DNA of 63,740 nucleotides, counting the filler, from Craspedostauros australis (lineage: Eukaryota), in the NCBI GenBank assembly GCA_030167865.1. It is 8 parts of 8 records of this genome, joined end to end, with 100 filler letters (N's around TTAATTAATTAA, not from the genome) between each part and the next. Parts side by side here need not be neighbours in the genome. Positions count along the whole stretch, not along the records: positions 1 to 27,510 come from JALAGF010006318.1; 7 more parts are not named here. One strand, given 5' to 3'. Shown piece by piece: positions 10,788-24,200 of the stretch (the first letter of the stretch is position 1; each line of letters opens with the position of its first letter). The translations under genes and the position numbers were made by a program. The notes below the pieces were generated by a model that saw only the letters and a program-made list of their open reading frames with translations, did no database searches and was not told where the DNA came from.

Positions 10788-13166
10788 CTAGTCTGTTTTA
10801 GAGGACGCGCTGCCAATTGTCTGGAATAGCAAGGTGATTTGCTTCGTAACTTTGCGCACCGACGACGTGATCTCCAACGTGGGGTCAGACTTCTCATCTT
10901 GGTGCTCATCGTTGGCGGGGCTATCTTCGACCTTCACCTTGTTGCTTAATGCTGTATGCTTCCCAGACACTTGCGTCAACATCTCCACGATGGGATCCAT
11001 GCATTCAGGCTTGGCATGCGCGATGAAATGCTTGCGTAGCAGGGCATTGTGTTCTAAACAGTTGGCCAGGCGGGCAAAGTCTTGGATGATACTTGTCAAT
11101 TCGTCACTTGGCTTGATCGCCGCATCGCTCTTCTTGGCATCCGGATTGCCAGGTACCAACGACTTGAGATGCTCGGCAATCTTTGCGCAGAACTTCTCCC
11201 AGCACGTCGCGCAACGATCTTGGCATTCGCCTGTCGTGACTGGCGCCAACGATGGCGACGCGCCATTGCTGCTGGTCTTCCATTTGATCTGCGTCGTCGG
11301 CGAAGATGGCACCATCTCAATCGCAAAGCAGTTCCACAAGATGGCAAGGAACAATGCCGAACTTACATCGCGCACCATCTTGGGTGCCAATCCCGGATAC
11401 CGCCAACCGTATCGACCAAGCACGGTGGGTGCATCGGCGCAGACCATCAGCAGGGCAAGTTGAAAGTTGATCATGAGATGCTGCGGCGTTTCGTCTGTCG
11501 TCTTGGCCAACTCCAACACTTGCCGGAACATGCCGGAATTCAGCATGGCCTGCGGTGCCTGTTTGCGGGAGATGGTCGCTAAATTCAACGCGATCTGCGA
11601 TGCGCGTGGCTTGCCGGACCACGATGTGTTGGCGAGCAGTTCCAGAATGGGTGTGAGGTTGCCGCGCAGATGGTTGCGCTGTGTTGCGTTGGTCGTGTCG
11701 GCGCCGGCCTTGTCCAGGATACCAGCAATCTCATTCATCGATTGAACGATGCAGCTGTGGGTTGCGACGAAGTTTTTTGTGCGGACTTGTGTATCGGCAA
11801 ATTCCTCCGAGCACCATGCCGAGAGAGATGCCATGCCAACGATTGAGGCTGGTGCGATTTCGTTCTTGTTGGGTGACTGTTGTTGGATCTGCATCTGCTG
11901 CTGCTTCTGTTGCTGATTGTGACCTTGTGCTTCGTCGACGCCAAGCAACGTCTGCAGGACCTCGAGATAACTGGGAACGAAGGATTGCAACGCCGTGGCA
12001 GCATCTCGCAGAACCCACAGTGGATACATGCCCTGCGACTTCATTGTATCATCAATCAAGGGTGTAGAACTTGTCAGCAACATGAGTATGAGCTGCGTCA
12101 GTTGCGGCACGATCGTCTCGTCTCTGGCCTGGAAGAGGGGAGACAGCAAAGTGTAATTGGCCTGTCGTAGGAGGCTGATGATAGCAGTGCGCGCTTGCGC
12201 GTACGTGCGCGAAAGATCTGCCCTCGAGAGAGATTTGGGATCGATCGCAAATGCGGCAAATGAGAGATGGTCAATGTTGCGCGCTTGTTGCTGAGCTTGG
12301 TAAGCGCTGCTTCCATTACCATCGGCGTCATGACCCGCATTGTCTTCGTCACCGTAATCGTAATCGGAGGGATCTGATTCCGCCGCCCATACCTCTTCGT
12401 ACTGATTGGCAAGAGGCGCCGCATCCGTTGGATCGTCAGTGGCCGTCGGGTCGCCTTCATCGGACTGTGTACTTGCGCCAACGGGATCCGTTGGATCCAT
12501 CGTGAGCTGGCGGATCGCCTGGTCGATGCGCTGTTCCTGAGCTGTATCATCAATCTCCAATCCCAGCCTCCCCAACTGGCTTTCCTCAATGTTGTCAACT
12601 CCCTTGTACGTTCCCAGCAACCGTTGGATGGACTTGAGGTCTTTGGCCTGGCAGCACAACGACGGGACTTGGATGAGCGCACTGTACGCCAGACGTGCCA
12701 TGGCAGGACTCTTCGCGTGGTTGGCGTTGCTGCCGCTATTGCTGCCATTGGCATTGGTGTTGCCTCCATCGCTGTCGTTGTTAGCGTCACTGCTGGTTGC
12801 ATCGTCATTCGGCTGATTGTACTTGCGACAGCACTGCACCACACCATCCACCAAACGGTTGGAGATGGCCAGCTTGGTCTGCGACTGGTTCTGCGTCGGC
12901 TCGGCGGCACGCAGCAGCTCGTCTCCCAGATGACGCCCCGTCGCTTCGAAGCCCGCCGGAAGCATCGGCTCGTCGAAGCACAGCTCGCGGTACAGCTCAA
13001 ACATGGCCTCTTGCTTTTCATCCTGCGTCTTGGGCGCCGGTGCCGGATTCTCATCTTTCTCACGCAGCAGCTGCGCAATCAACGCCGCGCTTGCCCGAAA
13101 TGCGGCCTCATCATCGTCCACAGTGTGGCTTGCCTTCGTGCTCATCGTTGTTGTCCTCTGTTCCAC
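10788..13166 (-). CDS. Hypothetical 792-aa helical protein
   Basis: Uninterrupted ORF with coding-like composition and an acidic insert (EEVWAAESDPSDYDY). Divergent from the RAD5-like gene. No family recognised. Confidence 0.75.
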   Translation of the reverse strand: MEQRTTTMSTKASHTVDDDEAAFRASAALIAQLLREKDENPAPAPKTQDEKQEAMFELYRELCFDEPMLPAGFEATGRHLGDELLRAAEPTQNQSQTKLAISNRLVDGVVQCCRKYNQPNDDATSSDANNDSDGGNTNANGSNSGSNANHAKSPAMARLAYSALIQVPSLCCQAKDLKSIQRLLGTYKGVDNIEESQLGRLGLEIDDTAQEQRIDQAIRQLTMDPTDPVGASTQSDEGDPTATDDPTDAAPLANQYEEVWAAESDPSDYDYGDEDNAGHDADGNGSSAYQAQQQARNIDHLSFAAFAIDPKSLSRADLSRTYAQARTAIISLLRQANYTLLSPLFQARDETIVPQLTQLILMLLTSSTPLIDDTMKSQGMYPLWVLRDAATALQSFVPSYLEVLQTLLGVDEAQGHNQQQKQQQMQIQQQSPNKNEIAPASIVGMASLSAWCSEEFADTQVRTKNFVATHSCIVQSMNEIAGILDKAGADTTNATQRNHLRGNLTPILELLANTSWSGKPRASQIALNLATISRKQAPQAMLNSGMFRQVLELAKTTDETPQHLMINFQLALLMVCADAPTVLGRYGWRYPGLAPKMVRDVSSALFLAILWNCFAIEMVPSSPTTQIKWKTSSNGASPSLAPVTTGECQDRCATCWEKFCAKIAEHLKSLVPGNPDAKKSDAAIKPSDELTSIIQDFARLANCLEHNALLRKHFIAHAKPECMDPIVEMLTQVSGKHTALSNKVKVEDSPANDEHQDEKSDPTLEITSSVRKVTKQITLLFQTIGSASSKTD

Positions 13167-13616
13167 TTTAATGCTCCGGCTCGTGTGCCTCGTGGCGTTG
13201 CTTATTGTGGTGTTGGTGTTGGATCATTCGCCTTCTCTGTCATTTCGTGGGAACGGAATGTTGTGGTGGTAGTTCGCCTGTCGTGTGTCGTCTTCTCCAA
13301 GGTTCAGCAACTCTCTAGTTTTGTTGCCTAGTATCTCTCAGGAGAGATGACGAACGACTCTTTCGATTCGATTGTCATTGCGCGCCAAAAAACCGGCGCG
13401 CCGTCTTGTTGTCGGCTCTGTGGCAAGTCGGATGGAGATTTCCGGCATCGTCGCTGTTGGTGGTTGGACGACACAACTCCCAACGCGATGGGTGGAACCA
13501 TCAGCGGATGAAATGAGCAAGAAACCCAGCAAGGAGGTGAGAAAGGAGTCCACCAACGAAGCAGCAAATCAAGGAGCCAATCCACCAACCAAAGCAGGGG
13601 CGTTGATCACAAGAGC

Positions 13617-16600
13617 ATGGGCGGATCGAAGGGCAGCGCGACGAAGAAGCAGCAGCGCAAACCGTCGGTGGTGGAACAGCTGCATCAGCTGCGAGCATTC
13701 GTTGGTGATGAGTTCTGCGAGAGGGATCTTTCGTTGTGCTTGTCCAAGTCTGGTTACAGCGTCGAATTGGCGGCAGAGCGTCTAATCACGGGACAGTACC
13801 AGCCAAGCAAGAAGGCCAGATCATCCGCGTCGTCTGCGTTACGTTCGCCGTCAGCATCGCCATTGCCATCGAAGCCACCGACGCCATCTTCGTCGTTCGC
13901 CTCCGCTGTTGGGACTGCGGCAAGACCATCTCCGCCACCATCTGCTTCAAGGCCGATATCGAGAGCGATATCGAGAGTGCCATCTCGACCACTTCATACA
14001 CCGCAGAGTAGGAATACTGTTGGGCACAGCAGGCACAGTGCGACTGCGAGTGCGAGCAAAAGGCGTGCCCAGGTCCGCGCCCATGCGAGGACAACGCCGT
14101 CAGCGACGACAGTCAGAACACCTGCTCGGCCAGCACCAACCACACCTACAAGGAAACCCGTGAAGAGAAAGCTTCCACCGAGCAGTTCAGCATCCAAGTC
14201 ATCCACCAAAAGGACCAACATTCCAGAACGGTCATTGCGTGACACCTTCTCCAACGCAACGGGCAATTCAAGCACCGGCGCATATTCAGATGCAAACAAG
14301 CTGCAGAATGCGTGGCTGTTGTGCAACCGATGGGTCAGCGACGGTGTTTGCACGACCAAAGGCGGTGCCATAGACTACAAGGAGCAGTTGCAACTGGATG
14401 TCAGCCACACGGGATCTAAGTCCATGGTCCGATTTCGCGGACGACGGATCCAGGGACAGTTCCCAAAACATCTCAGCCGCATCCTCTCACCCATTGCGCG
14501 CATCAAACCAGTGTCGCCCATCCATGTGCAGCTGGAGGCGTTGATGGAGGAGCGGGGATTGCCGATTGGGGCGCAGATTCCGTTTTCAGTTCGGTGAGTT
14601 TCATTTTGATCTGTCATTCATTGTATTGTAGTGTAGTGTATTGGCTGCGCTTGGCTTGGCTTGTTTTCGTTCCCTTCCCTCTCTTGCTTCGTTTTGGCTA
14701 TCATTCCATACGGTTACATTATATTGTACAAACTACTATGCACGCCCACATATCTCGTCATCCTCACACCGCGTTGTCTTTTCTATCGTATTTTTGACAA
14801 TACCTCAACGATGTGCCCATACATGCACGCGTACATCTATGCACAACGCACATCCACTCACAACGCACATACTCAAACACATACATGCACAGAATCTGGA
14901 TCGTCGATCCCAACGCATTCTTTCGAACATTTGACACTGTAGAAGTCGCCACCAAATCGTCGTCCTCCATGTTCCTGCGCAGGAAGGCTGCCCAAGCATC
15001 ATCCAAAGGAGAACCGACCGTGCAGGAAGCAGCGTTCGAACTCTTGCAATGGGGACAGCATGGAGATGACATCGTGAAGCAGCTTCAAGTGCAGTCACAG
15101 ATTCGCGCCACATCCAACACCTCTGCTGCTTCCACCAATGTGCATGGCCACAGCGACAACGCAGCGGACGCCGAGACGGAGGCAGATGCAGAAGCGCAGA
15201 TGGAGGAAGAGGCGAAGCGCGACGCAACGGGAGAAGCGGCACCTCAATGGGCCAAGACGATCATCGAATCCAACGATGAACAGCGCAAGGCGCAGCTGCC
15301 AGAGATGGATGGCCCTTCCGGGTTGAGCGTCGAGCTGCGATTCTACCAAAAGCAAGCCTTGCATTGGATGATGCAGCGAGAGCAGGAGCATGATTTGGAG
15401 ACGATGAAGGAACAGCTCTCGCTTCTATCTGAGTTGGCCGCAACCAACACCGACGAACGAGCAAGACAAACTAGCCAGCCGGCCGAATTCCCATCGCACG
15501 TGCGGAGCGGCGTGTACTGCGACTGCGGCCCAGTGATTGTCCAGGAGACGACGGCACAGACAGCGCGATCCATAGATGGAGGCGATGCGAAACGGGCGCA
15601 GCTCAATCATCCGCTCTGGGAGCGCCGCTACCTCGCCTCCTCCGACATGTCTGCGGCAAGATGCTTCTACGTTCAGACCATGTCCGGCAAGGCAAGCGCA
15701 GCACCGCCGCAAGCGCCAGCGCCGTGCCGGGGTGGGATTCTGGCGGACAGCATGGGACTTGGCAAGACCGTCATGCTCCTGGCGCTCATCGTCAAATCCA
15801 AGGAGGTGGAATCGGAAAACGCTCAAGGACCGACGTTGGTTATCACGCCACTGTCGTTGCTGAGCCAGTGGGAGAACGAGATCAGATCCAAAACCATGCT
15901 GTCGCACAAGGTCAACTACAGTGACAAGAAGGTGCTTGATTTTGATGACAACGACGTCGTTCTGACGACCTGTAAGTCCCTCTGCGTGGTCGGCGCATTG
16001 GTGTATTGATTCATGCGAATGCTGAAACGATACATAGTCTTCCATGTGGCTGTTTGCTCCTTTGCTCCACTGTCATTGGTTGCATTCAATTGCTACCACA
16101 ATTGTTCGTTGTTCGGGACGAGAGCATCTTTCAGTCACTGTGCTTCTGGTTCCAAGTCGCACCCCTCACGTATTTCGAGAATCCATTCCAATCCCTTCCT
16201 GCCTTCCGCACCCAACAATGCATCATCTTCGCTACCGATGCGACTGCTCTTGTCTCTGCACAATCATATGTATGCAATTCACTATCGTATTCGTCTGCAG
16301 ATGGATCGCTGCAAGCAGAAATGCAGAAGTACCTGAAGCTCCAAGAAACGGATGAAAGCCTGAAACCATCCGGCATCCTTGCGCATCGATGGAAGCGGAT
16401 AATTCTGGACGAAGCACATTACATCAAGAATCATGCCACCTTAATTTCCAAGAGCTGCACCATGTTGCAAGCCGAACGACGTTGGTGCGTGTCCGGCACT
16501 ATCATCCAAAACTCGCTCAACGATGTGTACTCCTTGCTGCGATTCCTGCGGCATCACCCTTGGTGTCAGAACTCGTTTTGGAAATCATCCGTTGGCGATA

Positions 16601-18787
16601 TCGTTCATTCGGACATGGATGCTGCGTTGAACCGCGTCCAGAGACTTTTGAAACCGATCATGCTGCGACGGACGAAGAATTCCGTCGGTAAGGACGGCAC
16701 GCCCATCCTCAGTCTCCCGCCTGTGGAAACGAAAGTCATCAGCGTCGAGTTTTCCGACGCCGAACGGCAATTCTACGACGCGTTGCACAAGAAGTCGTTG
16801 AACCTGTTCAAGGGATTCATCACCGCGGGGACCGCCTCCAAGTCGTGGCTCGCCATCTTTTCGCTGCTCCATCGGTTGCGCCTGACCTGCGATCACGTGG
16901 CGTTAACTGTCAAATCGCATCTGGATGAAAACGATTGGAACAGCCATGTTGGTGGCAGTGATGGCGTAAAGGCGGAGAGCGGTGCCGCTGGAGAGGCGAA
17001 GACTGAGGGGGGAGCGGGGCAAGATGGATCAGGCGATTCGAGGACCATCGATGATCAGGTAAGGAGAGCCGTTGGTGTTTGTTGGAGTGGACGTGGAAAT
17101 AGCATGTGGATGTGGGCATATTACGCTGACATGTACATGCTTGGGATGCATGCGTTAGTACCGCGTTGACTATCCTCGGCAATCGGTGCGGTGATGTTGT
17201 TCATGGAGATCTCACCATGCTTTCCTGTGCTCTGCTTTTGCCTCCACTCGAACATGAACGTAATTTCCTGCATCGTCGAAACGAATTCCGCATTGATTTC
17301 TTCATCAATACTCCAACAACACGTGACTCCCCAAATACGCTACTGCACCATGCTTCACTGAAATTTACCATACTCGTACTCGCACACAGTTCCTGGACAA
17401 CCTGCTGGCATCATTCAAGACAATGACAGGCGAGGGAGACGCTCTCGTGCCTCCGCACGTGGGTAGCCAGCCAGGGGAGATGGACGATCACATGGATGGC
17501 GCGGTGGGAAACAATCGCTACAGCAACAACAGCCAGTCCAGCGCGAAGTTCAGCACGAAGTCAAGTGCACACAGCCAACTGTCGCAGCAAACGGCGTACT
17601 CTCAAAGCGTGTTGGACAAGTTCAAAGTCGCCGTGGACGCCCATTCGACCCAGCTGGAAGAGGAATGCTCCATCTGTCTGGAGCCGATCAACTTTGAGGA
17701 TGGAGTGGTGACGCCTTGTCTACACATGTTCTGCAAAAAGTGCCTGCAGGACGTTCTACTGCAAAACGCATCACAATCATTGAGACCTGATGTAATTCAC
17801 AGCACCTCATCGCAACAGTCCATCACGAGCTGTCCCGATGCACCTTGTCCCGTCTGCTGCAAGGACATCCAGTCATCCAAGATCTTGATTCTGGCTGACG
17901 TGCATGGCAAGAACAGGACCAATTCCAATTCTCATCGATCGGCGAGAGTGAAGCAGGAAGTCTCAGCAGGAGATTCCAACGACGCTGGAAGTGATGATCA
18001 TGGTCATGGTGGTGGCAATCGCGTTGCCGCTGTCAAAGAGGGAAAATATGACGAGCACAGCGACGAGCACGGTGATGACCGCGATGACCATGGCGACGGT
18101 GATTACCCAGACCTTCAGCAAAGCGTTAGCTACGATGGCAGTGCACGCCAGGTGTTGAACCGGGCAGTCCGTGGCACGTCGAGCACAAAGCTGGATGCCA
18201 TCATCAACGAGCTGCACAACGTCTGGGAGGAAAATCCTGGCTCGAAGGTGCTGATCTTCTCCCAATTCTTGGGCTTTCTCGACCTGCTCCAGCGCGCCCT
18301 TCGCAAGAATGGGATTTCACACGGTCGTTTGGATGGCAGACTGAGCCTGAAGGAACGCGTTGCTGTTCTGGATGAATTCGGGAGCAGCGCTCCGCCACCA
18401 CCGCCAACGAATCCAGGCAAGGCACCGAAGATCGGTTCCGTCCTCCTCATCTCCATGAAGGCTGGTGGTGTCGGTCTGAACCTGGTGGCTGCACAGTCAG
18501 TGTTCATCGCCGACCCTTGGTGGCATGCATCCATGGAGGACCAGTGCATCGACCGCATTCATCGAATTGGCCAAACAGCATCGAAGATCCGCGTTCGTAA
18601 GTTCTACGTGAAGAACAGTGTGGAAGAACGCATCGTGGAGCTGCAGAGACGCAAGAAGGCGATGGCCAGCAACATCCTGTGCGACAAAACGAAGGGTGGA
18701 GATCCGAATCAACCCCAGTCCCAGCAGCAGCAAGGCGGCAACACACGACCAAGCCTTGACGATTTCAAGATTCTGTTTCAAGAGTAG
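13617..18787 (+). CDS. RAD5: RAD5/HLTF-type SNF2 helicase and RING E3 ligase
   Basis: Exons 13617-14593, 14893-15971, 16301-17058 and 17390-18787 with GT..AG introns; splicing restores TTYGSL. GGILADSMGLGKT, IILDEAH, C3HC4 RING (CSIC..PCLHMFCKKC..CPVC), KVLIFSQF, KAGGVGLNL, QCIDRIHRIGQ. N-terminal UBA-like and probable HIRAN regions. Confidence 0.9.
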
Positions 18788-18983
18788 ATCTGATCTGGCG
18801 TGCGCATAGAGAGTAAAATCAGGTCGAGCGGAGTGGGTCTGTGCTGTGTACGACTCCCCAGTAGGCTGGATGGTACTGGCGCGTAATTCAGAAAGCACGT
18901 TACGAGTATTGTGCCCTGCGTGTGGCTTTCGTCTATCCTGCTCTTCTGCTCTGTTCCGTTCTACTCAACCCAAATGTACCGCA

Positions 18984-19589
18984 TCACGATGCCATGGAAC
19001 ATGCATTCGCAGTGGTCTCCAATTCCTTGCCCACCTCCTGCATGGCTTCAGCCGTCTGCTGCATCCTCTGTGCGCTCGATCTCGTCTGCTCTTCCAGCTG
19101 CTTGGTCTCGTCTTCCAACGCCTCCAGCTCCGCGAGGAGGACATCGCGCTCTTGCTGCATCCTTCGGTACGCATGGTACTTCATTACATCCCTCGGCGTC
19201 ACGTCCGCTGGCAACCGCACGTCCTCCAACGCGGCCTTGGCGGTGTCCCGGTCCTGCTCTTCCGCCTCGCCTCGCCGCGCATCCTCCGCGTCCAGCCGAT
19301 GGATGATGGTCTCCACTCTCTCCAGCGTTTCTTCGACGCGCTGCTCATCGTACGTCTGATGCATGCGCTTCTTGATCTTGCCGTTCGCCTCATCGATCAT
19401 CGCGTCGATGGCGTGGGCCAGTTCATCCTCTCGGAACATGTCCGCGTCCTCGCCGTAGCAGTCTTTGATCGCCTTCTCCACATCGAACGTCCTCTTGCCT
19501 TCGTCTAAAGTCTTTTGCGTCGCCTTCAGCAGTTTGCTGTAGCGCACGAGCCGACTGGCCGTCGCTGCAGTTGGATCGGTCGATGTCAT
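18984..19589 (-). CDS. Coiled-coil protein resembling kinetochore Nnf1/PMF1 (MIS12 complex)
   Basis: ATG at 19589, 201 aa. The pattern RYSKLLKA..KTL, DCY, VEETLERVETII, VTPRDVMKYH plus a terminal coiled coil resembles Nnf1. Assigned by eye. Confidence 0.6.
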   Translation of the reverse strand: MTSTDPTAATASRLVRYSKLLKATQKTLDEGKRTFDVEKAIKDCYGEDADMFREDELAHAIDAMIDEANGKIKKRMHQTYDEQRVEETLERVETIIHRLDAEDARRGEAEEQDRDTAKAALEDVRLPADVTPRDVMKYHAYRRMQQERDVLLAELEALEDETKQLEEQTRSSAQRMQQTAEAMQEVGKELETTANACSMAS

Positions 19590-19927
19590 GGTCGCAAGGT
19601 GCCTTGATGTGAGCAGAGACTGGTTGTATGGTTGTATTGTTGTGTGGTTACATGGTTGTACGGTTGTACGGTTGTTCAGCAACAATGATGGTACTGCAAC
19701 TGTGACAAACACTTCGTCGTTGTGTCCCGCCGTTTCGCGTTTCATTTGTTACAGAAGCCGCGGCAAACATTCAATTTTATGTCAATAAACAACGACTCGA
19801 TCAATTCGACAAGATTCGTGTATGACCCACTCGAGTGAACGAAGGTGCAGTCGTGCCTGATCGTGACTTAAACTTTAACAACATAAGTACATATTCGGAA
19901 TCTACGTAAAATTCTGTCGAGGATTAT

Positions 19928-21096
19928 TCAATTTAAAAATCGGGAGAGTTGTGGATCAAAAGTTATAGACCTTGCAATAGTTTTGGTCTTCGGGCATTGT
20001 AGACCTTCCTTAGACTTCGCTGGGTATCGCCAAAACTCGCTGATGATGTCACACCTGTTCCCATTTTGAATTAGTTGTCGCTTGCAATCTGGTTCTGACA
20101 CGATAAACAATTTCCACGCCACATTTTCCTTCGATGTTTCCGCACTTTCGACTGTTTGTTTTGCCGCATGTGGATGCAAATCATCGTGGGTTTGCTCCAA
20201 ATTCTCGTCTTCCTTGGCTTTGCACCGTCCAAATTCATCTTCGTCACAACCAGAATCATGCAACGTTGGTTGCGCACTGGCGCTCGCAGTCATACGTACC
20301 ATTGTGTACTTCGTCGTTTCAGCGGTTTTTGACTTCTTTTCTTGTTCTTTTTTGAACTTGAGATAGTCCGTGATGAGGTATGCTTTTACTCTCAGTGGTG
20401 ATACGTGTAGTTGAGCGTACCAGTCTGTTTTCACCCGTTCCATCGTCATCAGTTGTTGGCGTGCGTCGTACTCCGCCATTCTGTTCCTTGAGTCATGGCA
20501 AGCAAGTACACAGATTTGATCAGCTCTGCCAACACATAGTCAGGATAGGCTCAAACGATCGAGTCTTCTTTGCGGCGCAACCCGGTGTTGTAACAGGAGG
20601 AAGATCCATAGCAGCAGTTGTATCCTTCCACATTGCGTCGTGATCAGCAGTTTCCATGAGGTTGTTGTGGAGGGCTGTTTTTAGTACATCCGCTTCACTC
20701 TGTTTCACACTCTTCTGGGCCTTTCGCCTCATCTTGCCATTTTGTATCCACTGGTACTGGTTGGCGTGACTACTTGTGGTCTTCCTTCACCGTCGCGCCA
20801 AGTTTGTTCACAACGGAGCACTCCCAAGCCTCTTCCTCCACCAATTTGGCATCGGTGACATTCGAAGCTTCAATTAACCAAGCATTCTCATCCTTGTATT
20901 GAATCTCGTGAGTGTTGGGAACACCAAGCATGTTTGCAGACCATCGAGCTCTTGGGCTCGTACAGTGAGTCAGCCACTTGCCCTTCAATAGGGAAGCGTC
21001 AACCAGCAACGTTGTGGTGCCTTTGATGTCTCCAAATTGCAGGGCTTTCAACATGATCGCCATCACCTATTGCCTCATCACCATTGCCATCCCTGC
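19928..21096 (-). pseudogene. 3' part of a frameshifted hypothetical gene disrupted by the Copia insertion
   Basis: Successive minus-strand ORFs in different frames (20770-21066, 20520-20732, 19928-20479). The D/G/N-rich frame from 26934-27452 continues here once the element and one TSD copy are removed. Confidence 0.45.
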
Positions 21097-21259
21097 TGCC
21101 AAAGTGCACAAGTAACTACTGAAGACGTATTGGCCCGTTGTTGTGTGCCCTGGTCGAAGCTCTTGTTCTTTTATTGTGAGTTGTCCGAAGACAATCCCCC
21201 GACCAGTATTTTGACTATTATGATTAGTAGAGAGGTAAAAGGTACAGAGAAAGCTGTCA
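21097..21259 (-). repeat. 3' LTR (163 bp)
   Basis: Direct repeat of 26772-26933, about 11 substitutions and 1 indel counted by eye. Confidence 0.93.
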
Positions 21260-24200
21260 CGCCCATTGTTCTCAAGGTGGACTCCCGTAGAACAGGGTTG
21301 TGGCAAGAAGTGTTAGTGTTGGCCTCACCAATGCATTGGTGAGCATGTCAGCGAAGTTCTGAGCCGATGGGACATGGACTGGAACCAGTGTCCCAGCTCC
21401 TGCAGCCTCACGGACTCAGTGAAATGATATTGCCACATGCTTCTTTTGCAATATGCTGTCTGCGATCGTCGTTTTCAAGATCGCCACATTGTTGTCGCAA
21501 AATGTGACCATCGGTGAATGGATGCGGACTCCCAGCGATCAGAGTGCGTATTGGAGTGCAATGATTTCTTCCGTCACTGATCGCATCGCGTTGATTTCTG
21601 CTCCGTATGTAGATGTTGTGACTCATGTCTGCCGCTTGCTCAAGAAGTACACAGGCGTCCTGCCGAGGAAAAGGATGATCCTGGTGTTTGATTGGCGTGT
21701 GACAAGATCGTGCGCATGGTCAGCATCGACGAATGCATACATTGGCAGCTCCGGATAGATTGGCTTCAGTGACCGGTTGTCGACGTCCTCCTGTGCCTCA
21801 GGGTATTCTTCCTTCATTTGCACCACCAATTCTGGGTTGGACGGCGTCGAGTTGAAATTGTCAAATATCATGGGTCTGGAGTCGATTTGTGTTCTGAGTG
21901 TGGACATACTCTTGAGATAGCTCCATATCTTGAGTGCTCTTGCTAGATGTCCTTTCCATGGTGATGCAGTGAATCGAGAGAGTGAAGAAGTTGCAGAGGC
22001 AACGTCGAAACGTCCATGTTGAATGACCCAGTTCAGCATGCCGATGAGCTGCTGGAACTGTTGGTGTTCGTCTGGTGTGAGTAGTTTGGAGTCATCCGTT
22101 TCCAGATGGTCCTTGTCCCACATGGGAACATGCTGGTCATGGAGTGTTCCATGCTGCCATTCGATGTTCTCCATCATGTTTGCGATGTATTTGTCACATC
22201 CAACGCTCCATTTGTCTTTCACATTCTTGGAATCGTCATTGCCCAGATAGTATTTGGGTGGTCCAATGTCTTTGATGGTGTAGGCTTGCTTGATGACCTT
22301 CATGTATTGGTCTGGTTCTTTTGCCACAATCTTGAAGTCATCAACATGCATGCATATGTAGTCATACCCAGTGTCGCCCTCCACTTGATCCATACGTCCT
22401 GGTCATGCTGTGATGGAGAGAACCCCATGGATGAGAGTGTATTTGCGAAGTGAGCATGGAATCTATGCACGCTCAATCGGAGTCCATACAATGCCTTCCT
22501 GAGTACGATTGTCTGACCCTCTCTGTAATCGAACTCTTTTCCTGCCCACGCGTACATCTTCTCGTTGATGTAGGCATTGACGAATGCATTCCCCACGTCG
22601 CCACATAGTTGCTTCAGCTTGTTTGCGTCCATGATGACATCGATTATCTGTATACTGGTTGATTTGACAGTTGATGAGTATGCTCTGATGTTGTCAGCAA
22701 GTTCAATGAGGTGACTGCCGGCTACCAGCCGCCCCTTGCGCCGCAGATCCTGTTTCACAGCGAAGATGAGCCAGAGCTTGGTGCTCTGGTAGTACGATGA
22801 AGGTTGGTGAGTGGATGGATGGAATTCAAAGCAATCAAGGTCAATCAGAGCATCAATCTCTTTCTTTGCTGCGTCCTTCCATGATGTGTTGTCATTGGCT
22901 TCGTCAAGTTGGAGTGCATGTCGCATGTTGCGTGGCACTTCTACACTGTATTGGAATACTGTAGCGAAGAAGTCCTTTTTCGGCTTCTTCTTTCCTGGTT
23001 GTATGCGCCTCAGGATGGCGATGCTGTCGTTGTTGTCGACTGTGAAGATGTGCATGCGCTCGGTTCGTCGCATGTGTCTGCGTATCGCGCGAACAGCGTG
23101 CTTTGCCCGTTTTAGTATTGTCGTTGACTGTCGATTGTGCCTGTCGTGCCGTTTTGGCTCATTGGTGATGATGTATCGCGCCACGAGCTCGGGATGGTCT
23201 GCTCTCAGGATGTCGTATCGGAACCATTGAGTTTCATCATTGTCCCATTTCACATTGAGATGGAGATGACCGTCTTGGAATGAGTGGCCTGCGACAGATG
23301 TGATTGCTGGTTCGTTCGTGTCTTCTTTTGTAATCTGATTTTGGAACATCTCGTCATGCTCGCGCTCAGCCAGAGCGTTGACACGCCCCTGAATCCGCTG
23401 CTGGGGAGGATCTGGAATCCTCACTGCTTCATAGTCATCAGATTCTCTCGAGATGTCTGCAGTTGAGAGCTTGTCTTCCCCTTTGCCATCAGATATCATG
23501 CTCATAGGCCCGCTGTTATGGTTGTCGTTGTCGTCAATGATGACATTCTGCTGACCGAACCATCAGTTGTCATGCGGAATAGAATTTTCGTTGACTACGA
23601 CGCCCCTGGTCTCCAGCGGTCCCTCCTCAGGAATGCGAGCAGCCGCCGCCGACCGCACGGGAATCGCGTCGATGGCCTCACGGACCTGTCGAGCGAGCTG
23701 TGCCGGCATCGTCTTGGTGCGTGCTTGTTGCCCCAAGTTGCCTCTGGTAGTAGTGTGTATGAGATTGAGGCGTGCGATGCGCTGAACTTCCTCGTCGGTG
23801 ACTTGCGGAGCACTTGTGTCTTCTGCAATTCGTGGTTCCACAATGTTCCATACCAGGGCGGTGCCTTTGGTTACGTCTTCGCCTTTCGGCGACCAAATGT
23901 GATAGGTGAAAGGGTCCCCATAGCCCCATGCAATTCCCAAGAAGTGTCCAGACTTGAATGGGTGATGCGGAAACTTTGTCATCGGCTCGAAATACCAGAC
24001 CTGTTGAAAGAACGTGAACCTGAACATGGAGATGTCCAGAGTGTTCCTGTGGAGCAGTTCAATGGGATTCTTCCATTGGATGTTCTTCTTTGCCGTGTAG
24101 TTCGATACATTGATGGCGTGTTGTACTGTATAGCACCAGAAGGCCAGCGATACGGACGCTGCCCAAAGCAATTTGTATGCGTGTCGCTTGATGTTGCTGA

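Noticed and set aside
12098..13331. Long alternative-frame and antisense ORFs over real genes (also 41425-42570, 43053-44003, 23518-24309)
   Set aside because: Shadow ORFs caused by codon bias of the true CDS. No independent motifs.
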